A DNA stretch of 64,000 bases, taken from Saprospiraceae bacterium. GTDB lineage: Bacteria > Bacteroidota > Bacteroidia > Chitinophagales > Saprospiraceae. The translations under genes and the position numbers were made by a program. The notes beneath the pieces were generated by a model. The model did not search any database and was not told where the DNA came from. It worked only from the letters and a program-made list of their open reading frames with translations. The stretch is from positions 119,544-183,543 of the forward strand of contig CBDCVQ010000009.1 in the NCBI GenBank assembly GCA_965223165.1, given 5' to 3'. This document shows positions 9,721 to 18,558 of the stretch, in pieces (position 1 is the first letter of the stretch; the number at the start of each line of letters is the position of its first letter).

Positions 9721-9930
9721 TCAAGTGGTCTTTTGAGAACAAGTGGACAAGCCAAAGGGGGCGTAGAGAGGACAGAAACTGACCAGGCTAGTCACGACAA
9801 AAACGGCTGCCAGTACTAACAGGACAATACCGAGGGTACCCGTTATGACGTCCGTAAAATAAAGGGCAGCAATAACTATGGCAATGACTACCCGAATTCC
9901 GCGATCTGTGCTTCCCATGTTTGCTTTCAT
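9721..9930 (-). CDS. DUF2892 (YgaP-like) small membrane protein
   Basis: 69 aa. It has N-terminal MGSTDRGIRVVIAIVI, two hydrophobic helices and a C-terminal FCPLY motif, as in DUF2892 proteins. Confidence 0.65.
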   Translation of the reverse strand: MKANMGSTDRGIRVVIAIVIAALYFTDVITGTLGIVLLVLAAVFVVTSLVSFCPLYAPFGLSTCSQKTT

Positions 9931-10240
9931 GTCATTGTGTTTTGTGTTAGAAAATCAACTTAGCCAAGTGGACCAACGCAGCAACTCCTGCCACGCATAA
10001 CAGGCAGACCAGGATTAACTTTGTTGCCTTGTTTCCCCTTCGCATGTCCCAAAACTAGCTACTGCAAACTACTGGTTTGGTGATCGTCGTCACTGACCGG
10101 AGAGATTAGCAGTCACCGGGAACTCCTGTGGCTGAAACCATTCATGCCATCAGATTCCGGGTCAGCCAGCCCATCAGATGGTGATTCACAGGGACTCAGC
10201 ACAGTCCAAGAGATTAGCTAAATTGGATCTGCAAGAATAA

Positions 10241-10822
10241 ATGCATAGGATGGACCGACGAAATGCGATACGCCAAGCAGCCTTATGGAGTGGCATAGCC
10301 GTCTCCGGATCGGTGGGTACCCTTGTCCTACAAGGTTGCCGCCCAAAGTTAGACCTGGCTTGGTCGCCCGCTTTTCTAGGGAAGAGGGAAGCCGCGGTCA
10401 TTGAGCGGATTTCAGACATCGTACTGCCCAAATCAGACAGTCCCTCAGCGACGGAACTGGGGGTGCCCGCGTTTGTCGACCAGATTCTAAGTGACTGCCT
10501 GACCTCGGAGGAACAACAGGATTTCAGCGATGGTCTGACCTCGTTCTTGTCCGCTTTTCGGGAGGAGCACTCGATGGAGTTTCACGCTGCATCGCCGGAT
10601 GCCCAGACGAACTACGTCAGGGAAATCGACGAGAAGGCATTCTCCAAAGGTTCGACGAGCAGCTTTTACCCTCTGCTGAAGCAGTACATCCTGCTAGGAT
10701 ACTTCACTTCTGAGCAGGTGATGACCCAACACCTGGACTATCATGCCATTGCACAGCGCCACGACGCCTGTATCCCTTACGAAGGTCAGGCCGTTTTCGT
10801 CGACAACAATGTGGCGGGATAA
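10241..10822 (+). CDS. Gluconate 2-dehydrogenase subunit 3-like protein (Tat-signal small subunit)
   Basis: The N-terminus MDRRNAIRQAALWSGIAVSG is a twin-arginine signal. The protein is about 190 aa and lies directly upstream of a GMC oxidoreductase, the usual pairing. Confidence 0.7.
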   Translation: MHRMDRRNAIRQAALWSGIAVSGSVGTLVLQGCRPKLDLAWSPAFLGKREAAVIERISDIVLPKSDSPSATELGVPAFVDQILSDCLTSEEQQDFSDGLTSFLSAFREEHSMEFHAASPDAQTNYVREIDEKAFSKGSTSSFYPLLKQYILLGYFTSEQVMTQHLDYHAIAQRHDACIPYEGQAVFVDNNVAG

Positions 10823-10859
10823 GCAAAATCAGTGGGTCAAAATGAAACAAACTTAAGCT

Positions 10860-12548
10860 ATGGCCAAGGCAAATGAGTATGACGCCATCGTAGTGGGATC
10901 CGGAATCTCGGGGGGATGGGCAGCTAAGGAGCTCTGCGAAAAGGGATTGAAGACCCTCGTCTTGGAAAAGGGACGCAGCCTTCCGCACGTGGGGGGATAT
11001 ACCACGGCAAATACACCCCCATGGGAGCTGGAGCACCGAGGCAAGAAGACCCGGAGCGACCGGGAGGACTATCCCATCCAAAGCACCGTATATGCCTTCA
11101 ACGAAGGCACCCGACACTACTGGGTAAAAGACAAAGAACACCCCTATGAGTCAAGTGCCGAAGGTCCGGAGTACCGCTGGATCAGGGGATATCATCAAGG
11201 CGGTAGATCCATCATGTGGGGTCGGCAATGTTACCGCTGGAGTGATCTGGACTTTGAGGCCAATGCCCGCGATGGTTATGGGGTCGATTGGCCCATCAGG
11301 TATCGCGACATCGCTCCATGGTACTCCTACGTGGAGAGCTTCGCAGGGATCAGTGGTAAAAAGGAGGGACTTGCCCAGTTGCCCGATGGCGAGTTTCTGC
11401 CACCCTTTGAACTAAACTGCGTGGAGCAGTATGTAAAAGAAGGGATCGAGGCGGCCTACCCTGATCGAAGGATGACCATCGGTCGAGTGGCCAATCTGAC
11501 CGTACCGCATAACGGGCGGGGCCAGTGCCAACGACGCAACCTCTGCTACCGGGGCTGTCCCTACGGTGCTTACTTCAGCAGCCAGAGTTCGACGCTACCC
11601 GCTGCCGAAAAGACGGGCAATCTTACGCTGATGACAGATGCGGTAGCTGAGTCGCTACTCTATGACCGAAATGCCAATCGCATCAGCGGCGTACGTGTCA
11701 TTGACGCGAACACCGGCACCAGCCAGGAGTATAGCGCGAAGGTGGTCTTTCTCTGTGCCTCGACACTCAACAGTACCTGGTTGCTACTCCACTCGAAGAA
11801 TGAGACTTTTCCTGACGGCCTCGCCAACAGCAGCGGAGCACTGGGAAAGTATCTCATGGATCACTCTTATCGAGCAGGAGCCCGAGCCATATTTGAAGGA
11901 TTCGACGATCAATACTATTTTGGAGGAAGACCCACCGGCATCTACCTCGCCCGATTTAGAAATGTGACGGAGCAGCATCCCGACTTTCTCCGTGGGTATG
12001 GCTACCAAGGGGGGGCGACCCGGGCAAATTCCAGCCGGGGAGGACACCAGGCCGGCATTGGTGCAGACTTCAAAGATCAACTGACCCATCCCGGCCCATG
12101 GTTAATGTCGTTTACGGGCTTTGGAGAGGTACTTCCTTATGAGGATAACTATATCGAGATCAATCAAGATGTGCTCGATGTACATGGCCTGCCTACCCTG
12201 AGAATCCATTGCAGCCACCGAGAGAATGAACGGAAACTACGTGAAGACTACAAAAACCAAGCAGCTGAGATGCTAGAAGCAGCAGGCGGAAAGCAAGTGG
12301 AGATTTATGATGGCGTGGACTATCCTGGTTTTGGCATCCATGAGATGGGTACCGCTCGCATGGGTAAGGATCCGAAGACCTCCGTGCTTAACAAGTGGAA
12401 TCAAAGCCACGACATTCCCAATCTCTTTGTGACGGATGGATCTGCTATGGCTTCCGCCTCCTGTGTTAATCCGTCCATCACCTACATGGCGCTGACCGCT
12501 CGAGCCTGCGACTATGCTGTCAAAGCACTGGGGCGGTCGGAGCTTTAA
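10860..12548 (+). CDS. GMC-family FAD-dependent oxidoreductase
   Basis: N-terminal FAD fold YDAIVVGSGISGGWAAKEL with C-terminal GTARMG and LFVTDGSAM motifs typical of the GMC family. No signal peptide of its own was seen. Confidence 0.9.
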   Translation: MAKANEYDAIVVGSGISGGWAAKELCEKGLKTLVLEKGRSLPHVGGYTTANTPPWELEHRGKKTRSDREDYPIQSTVYAFNEGTRHYWVKDKEHPYESSAEGPEYRWIRGYHQGGRSIMWGRQCYRWSDLDFEANARDGYGVDWPIRYRDIAPWYSYVESFAGISGKKEGLAQLPDGEFLPPFELNCVEQYVKEGIEAAYPDRRMTIGRVANLTVPHNGRGQCQRRNLCYRGCPYGAYFSSQSSTLPAAEKTGNLTLMTDAVAESLLYDRNANRISGVRVIDANTGTSQEYSAKVVFLCASTLNSTWLLLHSKNETFPDGLANSSGALGKYLMDHSYRAGARAIFEGFDDQYYFGGRPTGIYLARFRNVTEQHPDFLRGYGYQGGATRANSSRGGHQAGIGADFKDQLTHPGPWLMSFTGFGEVLPYEDNYIEINQDVLDVHGLPTLRIHCSHRENERKLREDYKNQAAEMLEAAGGKQVEIYDGVDYPGFGIHEMGTARMGKDPKTSVLNKWNQSHDIPNLFVTDGSAMASASCVNPSITYMALTARACDYAVKALGRSEL

Positions 12549-12567
12549 AAAAAACGAATTCAAACGC

Positions 12568-13308
12568 ATGTCGACATCCAGGCTTATTCAATCGCTATTC
12601 AAGGTATTGCTAATTAGCACGCTGATTATCAGCCCCCTATTGTTGCTATCTCAACCAAAAGGTAAACTACTCGTGCGAAAGACTCAAGACTTTGAATTGG
12701 ATGGAGCCGGCTCGCACGAAGCTTGGAATCGGACCAGCTGGGCGGAGATCACCGCACAGAGGAATCCTAGACAGAATACCAGGACGCAGGCTAAGGTCTT
12801 GTACTCCGACAGTGGCTTGTACTTCCTATTTGACTGTCAGGACTCGCTACTGACTGCGTCCATGACGGAGGACATGGCGCATCTCTGGGAGGAGGACGTA
12901 GTGGAGGTTTTCCTGTGGACAGACAAAAAGCATCCGATCTATTTTGAGTACGAAATATCGCCCCTCAACTACGAGCTCCCTATCCTGGTGCCTAATCTCG
13001 GCTCGAGATTTAGGGGCTGGGCGCCCTGGGATTACGAGGGAGACCGCATGACCCGACGTCAGACCTCCGTGCAGGGTGGCAGCAAGCGCACGGGTGCCAG
13101 CATCAGCAGCTGGCGGGCGGAATTCTTCATCCCCTACGAGCTACTCATCCCACTGACCAAGGTGCCTCCGACCAGCGGCACCAAGTGGCGAGCGAATATG
13201 TATCGGATCGACTACGATGACCCTGCCAACCCAACTTGGTTTACCTGGCAGGAGATCCGCACCAATTTTCACGATTACAAACGATTTGGAACATTCATAT
13301 TTGAGTAA
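12568..13308 (+). CDS. Carbohydrate-binding family 9-like (DOMON-like) secreted protein
   Basis: ATG at 12568 gives a signal-like MSTSRLIQSLFKVLLISTLIISPLLLLSQ. The body (LYFLFDCQD, WEEDVVEVFL, WRAEFFIPY, WRANMYRIDYD) resembles CBM9-like domains. Confidence 0.65.
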   Translation: MSTSRLIQSLFKVLLISTLIISPLLLLSQPKGKLLVRKTQDFELDGAGSHEAWNRTSWAEITAQRNPRQNTRTQAKVLYSDSGLYFLFDCQDSLLTASMTEDMAHLWEEDVVEVFLWTDKKHPIYFEYEISPLNYELPILVPNLGSRFRGWAPWDYEGDRMTRRQTSVQGGSKRTGASISSWRAEFFIPYELLIPLTKVPPTSGTKWRANMYRIDYDDPANPTWFTWQEIRTNFHDYKRFGTFIFE

Positions 13309-13503
13309 CCACAAGTCTTACTGAGTGTTGACCTTGCTCTAGGGGAGACCAGAAGTCCTCTCAGGCAAACTACCTCCTGGACTCAGAGCAGATTAAGACA
13401 TGGCTCGCTACCAACGTACTTACATTGGCGATCTAGTCAATTATTTTACCGATCTTATTCCCATTCTGACTTGTTTACCGCCACAAAAAACCAAAATGGG
13501 ACC

Positions 13504-15048
13504 ATGCCACTTTCGAAAGTCTTAGCCTTAGTTCTTGGAATTGTATTGACGGGTTGCAGCGCCTCTCGAAACGCCGCCACCCAGCGGGACAATGGTAACA
13601 TTGAAATCATTGTACTGCAGCTAAACGACGTGTATGAAATTGCACCCCTTCCCGGCGACAATCTCGGGGGACTGGCAAGAGTTGCGACCCTCAAGCGAAG
13701 ATTGATTTCGGAAAATCCAAACACATTCATGATCCTTGCCGGTGACTTCGTCAGTCCATCGGTGATAGGCACCCTGGACGATGAGAACGGAGAAGGCATC
13801 GACGGCAAGCACATGGTCGAAACGCTGAATCATGCAGGCCTAGATATTGCCATATTCGGCAATCACGAATTTGACATCAAAGAGGCGGACCTTCAGAAGC
13901 GCATAAACGAATCTGCATTTGATTGGGTTAGCTCCAATGTTTTCTATGTGCAAAATGGCCAGGTAGGTCCTTTTTACAAGGTTCGAGGCTCGGAAAGACA
14001 GTTTGTACCCAAAACGCTCATTCGCCAGTTTAGCGATGGCGACGGCACCGAGTTGTCCGTGGGTGTTTTTGCCGTGACTCTGGACGTCAAGGACGCCCCG
14101 CATGTCACCTATGAAGACCCAACGGCTGTGGCTCGCGCGATGTTGACTGAGCTGCAGGAGCAGCAGGTGGATCTGGTCCTGCCCATCACGCATTTGAACA
14201 TTGCAGACGACGAACTATTGGCAGAGCAGATCCCTCATTTTCGATTGATTATGGGAGGGCATGATCATCACCACATGGCGCAAAAAGTGGGCAAAACGAC
14301 CATCACCAAGGCCGACGCCAACGCCAAAACGGCATATGTGCACCGGATCTTGCACAAGAAGAGGAGAGGAAAAACCAAGATCCGGTCTACGCTCGTCACG
14401 ATCGACTCGACGATTCCATCGGATCCGGGTGTACAGGCGGTGGTGGACAAATGGCAGCAAATCGCTGACAGCGATCTCAAAAAGAAAGGATTTGACCCCG
14501 ATGCCCTCGTCACGACCTTGGACACGCCGCTGGATGGTCGTGAACAAACCGTACGTGGGGGCCAATGTGAGTTGGGTGCCATCATTACCGGAGCAATCTA
14601 CGAGGCTGCTCAGGGTCAACCCGATCTGGCCCTAACCAACAGTGGCTCGATTCGGGTAGATGATATCCTGACAGGAAAACTAACTCAATACGACATCATA
14701 CGGATCCTACCCTATTCAGGGGAGACCTGGGAAGTGACAATGACCGGCACGCTGCTCAAGCGGCTTCTCGAGGCGAGCGAGGCCAACGTAAATGAAGGCG
14801 CCTATCTACAAATGAAGAATGTCGAGATCGATGCCCCTTCTAAAACCTTCAGAATCAATGGAGAACTTGTCAAGGTGGATCGAAACTATCGCGTAGCGCT
14901 CAACGATTTCATGCTGGCGGGCTACGACTATAAGTGGCTGACCGAACAGACCGAGGGCATCGTACAAATCGACAAGCCCTCTGTGACCAGCCCAGACGAT
15001 GTACGGCTAGACATCAGAAAAGCCGTCATCGCCTACTTGTCTAATTGA
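13504..15048 (+). CDS. Bifunctional metallophosphatase / 5'-nucleotidase, lipoprotein
   Basis: Lipobox VLTGCSAS. Calcineurin-like motifs are present (LQLNDVYE, AGDFVSPS, GNHEFD, GGHDHH), plus a C-terminal 5'-nucleotidase substrate-binding domain. Start taken at ATG 13504. Confidence 0.85.
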   Translation: MPLSKVLALVLGIVLTGCSASRNAATQRDNGNIEIIVLQLNDVYEIAPLPGDNLGGLARVATLKRRLISENPNTFMILAGDFVSPSVIGTLDDENGEGIDGKHMVETLNHAGLDIAIFGNHEFDIKEADLQKRINESAFDWVSSNVFYVQNGQVGPFYKVRGSERQFVPKTLIRQFSDGDGTELSVGVFAVTLDVKDAPHVTYEDPTAVARAMLTELQEQQVDLVLPITHLNIADDELLAEQIPHFRLIMGGHDHHHMAQKVGKTTITKADANAKTAYVHRILHKKRRGKTKIRSTLVTIDSTIPSDPGVQAVVDKWQQIADSDLKKKGFDPDALVTTLDTPLDGREQTVRGGQCELGAIITGAIYEAAQGQPDLALTNSGSIRVDDILTGKLTQYDIIRILPYSGETWEVTMTGTLLKRLLEASEANVNEGAYLQMKNVEIDAPSKTFRINGELVKVDRNYRVALNDFMLAGYDYKWLTEQTEGIVQIDKPSVTSPDDVRLDIRKAVIAYLSN

Positions 15049-15174
15049 TGTCCTGATCCAGGGAAATGTATTGATCGCTTTGGGAGCCAGACGATTTCGA
15101 GCAAGTTCCGCCGAGTAATCGTGTGGTCTCGAATGATGATCACTAGCGACATAAACTCTAAAGATTCCAGTCTA

Positions 15175-15253
15175 TTCTAATAATTAGCGCTAAATACTCG
15201 AGTCCGTTCTAATAATTAGCACTAAATACTCGAACCCATTCTAATAATTAGAG
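15175..15253. repeat. 32-bp direct tandem repeat, about 2.5 copies (TTCTAATAATTAGCRCTAAATACTCGARYCCR)
   Basis: Copies at 15175-15206, 15207-15238 and a partial copy at 15239-15253, each containing the near-palindrome CTAATAATTAG. It lies between the convergent 5'-nucleotidase and cupin genes. Confidence 0.85.
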
Positions 15254-15332
15254 TTTAAGGTCTCGGTTCGCCATGCTTGCTCGCGCTACTTAGCCTCGCC
15301 AAACGTGACCGCTGGTGTCCAATCGAGCTGCT

Positions 15333-15653
15333 TTAGGCTGCCTCTCCGCCCTCCGGGCCGTAAAAGAAGACCCAGGTAGAGAAGTCCGTGCTAAAATCCT
15401 CAAAGCGGTGCACCTCTCCTGCCGGAACAAATAACACATCGCCAGGGCCACAAGGCATCCGCTCACCTTCATGAAAAAACGTACCCGAACCCGTGGCAAT
15501 CACGTAGAGCTCATCGCGTGTATGCGGTTGCTGATCGTCAACCAAGTCGGGCTTATAGATTTCCACGGACAAGGTACCATGGGTAAATAGCTCGAGAAAT
15601 GGACGTTCTGTCTCTTCAAGCTTAGCTAGGGCGCTGGCAACGGTAATTCGCAT
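15333..15653 (-). CDS. Cupin-domain protein
   Basis: Internal ATG at 15653 gives 106 aa with the cupin-like core DELYVIATGSGTFFHEG...GDVLFVPAGEVHRFE. The longer ORF start at 15737 adds an implausible Arg/Gly/Pro-rich leader. Confidence 0.7.
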   Translation of the reverse strand: MRITVASALAKLEETERPFLELFTHGTLSVEIYKPDLVDDQQPHTRDELYVIATGSGTFFHEGERMPCGPGDVLFVPAGEVHRFEDFSTDFSTWVFFYGPEGGEAA

Positions 15654-15802
15654 GGTATTTGATTTGATCGAAAATACCAGAAATTCCCTCGTACCGGGGT
15701 CATCTCCCGGGTCACATCTACCCCCTTGACTTCTCAATCAAAGTTACCGACCTTATTGTAGCCCACCTACCGAAGAGGTTCGCCCGTTCAAACAGTATAT
15801 AA

Positions 15803-16708
15803 ATGAATCGCCGTACTTTCATAAAAGTCAGCTCTTTAGCAAGCATCAGCGCCAGTAAACTGTTAAGTCCAAATCAAGCAATGCTACGCCGCACCATTCC
15901 CTCTTCAGGTCAAGCCCTACCTGTGGTAGGCTTGGGCACGTGGATCCAATTTGACGTTGACCCGGCTTCCTCAGAGGTCGAAGATCTCAAGGAAGTCTTG
16001 CGCACTATGCATCGCCATGGCGGCAAGATCATTGACAGCTCTCCCATGTACGGCCGCTCCGAAGGCATGATCGGACGTCTTACCAGAGAATTGAACCTGC
16101 AAGATGAATTCTTCTACGCCACAAAGGTCTGGACCTCTGGTCGAAGCGCCGGCATCCAGCAGATGGAGCAATCTATGCGTCTGATGGGTCGCCAAACAAT
16201 GGACCTGATGCAGATTCACAATCTAATGGACTGGGAAACACACATACGGACTCTCAAAGATTGGAAGGCAGCAGGCAAGATCAAATACTTTGGCATCACT
16301 CACTATACTGATTCGGCACACTCTCGGCTACAGAAAATCATTCGAAGCGAACCTGAACTTGACTTTGTACAATGCAACTATTCGATCAATGACCGGCACG
16401 CCGAAGATCGTCTCCTGCCCATGGCAAAGGATTACAACGTAGCCGTCATCATCAATCGGCCCTATGCCGGAGGCGCTCTATTCAGAAAAATTAGAGGCCG
16501 AGATCTGCCGGCTTGGGCTGCCGAATGTGACATCAACAGTTGGGGGCAGTTCTTTCTAAAGTATCTGTTGGGCAATCCGGCCGTCACCTGCGTTATCCCC
16601 GGCACGTCCAACCCCCAACACCTCGCCGATAACATGGGAGCGGCCACGGGACGCTTGCCCGACCAGGCCTTCCGAGCGCGCATGGTTGCCCACTTTCGAG
16701 GTATCTGA
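15803..16708 (+). CDS. Aldo/keto reductase with a Tat-like signal
   Basis: MNRRTFIKVSSLASISA is followed by AKR motifs (GLGTW, IDSSPMYGRSE, DLMQIHN, GITHY, IPGTSNPQHL). Confidence 0.85.
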   Translation: MNRRTFIKVSSLASISASKLLSPNQAMLRRTIPSSGQALPVVGLGTWIQFDVDPASSEVEDLKEVLRTMHRHGGKIIDSSPMYGRSEGMIGRLTRELNLQDEFFYATKVWTSGRSAGIQQMEQSMRLMGRQTMDLMQIHNLMDWETHIRTLKDWKAAGKIKYFGITHYTDSAHSRLQKIIRSEPELDFVQCNYSINDRHAEDRLLPMAKDYNVAVIINRPYAGGALFRKIRGRDLPAWAAECDINSWGQFFLKYLLGNPAVTCVIPGTSNPQHLADNMGAATGRLPDQAFRARMVAHFRGI

Positions 16709-16735
16709 TGACAGCGCTATCGTACCGTTGAAGAA

Positions 16736-17602
16736 ATGAGCGACCAAATAAACAACTTAACCCTCTCCGTGCTGATCTTTCTGGTTGCAGGATATTCTCC
16801 ACAATCCATCGCCCAAACCACTCAATCCTTTGATGGCGTAGAGATTAGCTATGATGTAAAAGGGACAGTTCAGCCTGCCTTGATTTTTCTTCATGGTTGG
16901 GCTGGCAACAGGAATCATTTCCAGCATATGGTAGATTATTTCAGCTCAACCCATCAAACAGTCAGTATCGACTTGGCCGGATTCGGAGAATCTGGGAGTG
17001 AAAGGGATGACTGGACAATGACGAATTTTGCTAAGGACGTGACTGCCGTTATGGATCAAGAAGAAGTGGGACAGGCAGTGCTGGTTGGCCACTCTATGGG
17101 AGGATTGGTCATTTTGGAGGTGGCTAAGCAAATCCCAGAGAGAATTATTGGGCTGATCCCTCTTGACATCATAACCAATACCACTATCAATTCCGAACTC
17201 ACTCAAATACAGATACAAGAGGGGGTCGATTATTGGATGGATTGGGCAACAAAGCCGACATACGAAAAGACCAGGAGGATCTTTTCCAATGACACCGATT
17301 CCTTAATTGTGACAAAGGTCGTCAATGACTTGATGGAAGCATCCAAGGTTGGATGGAAAAATTCCATACTTGAATCTCTGAACTATTTGAATGAACTAGG
17401 CAATTCCTTGACAGAGATTGGGGTTCCGATACATTGTATCAACACCTCAGCAAACAAGTTGGATATTGAGATGGCTAGAACGCATAAGCCGCATATTTCA
17501 GACTCAACTATTGCGAATGTTGGTCACTTCTTTCTCTGGGATGCTCCGGAAGAAACCAATAGATTGATACAATTGGCCATATCCAAACTAATGAGTAAAT
17601 GA
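16736..17602 (+). CDS. Alpha/beta-fold hydrolase, secreted
   Basis: Signal-like N-terminus, an HGW oxyanion region (LIFLHGWAGN), nucleophile elbow GHSMGG, and a C-terminal VGHFFLWD (catalytic His region). Confidence 0.8.
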   Translation: MSDQINNLTLSVLIFLVAGYSPQSIAQTTQSFDGVEISYDVKGTVQPALIFLHGWAGNRNHFQHMVDYFSSTHQTVSIDLAGFGESGSERDDWTMTNFAKDVTAVMDQEEVGQAVLVGHSMGGLVILEVAKQIPERIIGLIPLDIITNTTINSELTQIQIQEGVDYWMDWATKPTYEKTRRIFSNDTDSLIVTKVVNDLMEASKVGWKNSILESLNYLNELGNSLTEIGVPIHCINTSANKLDIEMARTHKPHISDSTIANVGHFFLWDAPEETNRLIQLAISKLMSK

Positions 17603-17658
17603 GCGAGCTTCACATGACCGCAGGCGCACGCTATTGTGCTGGTTGTACCCTTAGATCA

Positions 17659-18558
17659 TTACTTGATCACCTTCTCGAGTGAACTGACAGCCGAGACACA
17701 AAAGAAACCCAGCACGGGCTGATCACCCATCTGGACCTCGATGTTGGTCGGAGCATTGGCAATGGGGCTGGCAAAGATCGTGTTGGTGCCATTGAGAATC
17801 TGGTCGCGCATCGTCTCGATAAAGAAGAAAGCGTCTAAGGTGATCGAGTGAATTTCCACGCGTACCATGTCACCCACATCATAGGGTGATTCATCCGTGT
17901 CCAGGCTATCTGGCACCGGGTTTGCCAGCTCGCGAATCGGGGGTATAAATATCAGGCCATCGATCTCCGCGCCGGCATCAAAGCCTGCGTCGTAGGCGAG
18001 GTTGATCTCGCTCGGCTTGTTGAGAAAAGCGCTGTTTTTGAAGGTCTTGATCCAGTAGACATCCCCAAGGCCAATGGGATCCCTGGCGAAGAACTCGGCA
18101 TAGATGCCGTCAGGACCCAATTCATCCGTACGCAGCTCCTGCGAGATGCTATCTATGACCGGGACACGGTTCATTTGAGAGAATGCACGCAGCTCGGCAC
18201 CATCCACCTCGATGGTCAGCTCATAACGATCTCCCAACTTGCCAATGTCCTCGCTCGAGGTAGGCGTCCATTCATAGTTGCCGCCACCCGTCTCTTCAAA
18301 GTCGTATGTCTGCCCATTAGTCGATGTGATTTGTACCAATGCCCCAGTTATACCGGCGGCAAAATCATCATCAAAATAGGGCTGACTTTGGGTTAGCCTG
18401 ATGGTTTGCGTTTCCAATAAATTGGTAATCCAGGCATCCACCACGATTGCCGTGGGTGCTTCATCGGTCTGCACGTCGATGACATCTTCGCATGAGGCCA
18501 GCAGTGCCACCAGCAGGAGGCAACCGATCCAGCCATATGAACGCAGTGGTTTTTTCAT
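17659..18558 (-). CDS. DUF4249-like lipoprotein (partner of the upstream TonB-dependent receptor)
   Basis: Lipobox LLASCEDV. It is about 300 aa and overlaps the receptor stop by 4 nt, the usual TBDR-DUF4249 arrangement in Bacteroidota. The family assignment is from memory. Confidence 0.6.
   Translation of the reverse strand: MKKPLRSYGWIGCLLLVALLASCEDVIDVQTDEAPTAIVVDAWITNLLETQTIRLTQSQPYFDDDFAAGITGALVQITSTNGQTYDFEETGGGNYEWTPTSSEDIGKLGDRYELTIEVDGAELRAFSQMNRVPVIDSISQELRTDELGPDGIYAEFFARDPIGLGDVYWIKTFKNSAFLNKPSEINLAYDAGFDAGAEIDGLIFIPPIRELANPVPDSLDTDESPYDVGDMVRVEIHSITLDAFFFIETMRDQILNGTNTIFASPIANAPTNIEVQMGDQPVLGFFCVSAVSSLEKVIK

Noticed and set aside
16736-17602. Slightly lower G+C of the alpha/beta hydrolase gene as a second horizontally acquired island
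   Set aside because: Hand counts give about 42-47% G+C. That lies within the range seen in the permease genes (about 47%) and the kinase gene (about 45%), so it is not a clear anomaly, unlike the roughly 37% dGTPase island.
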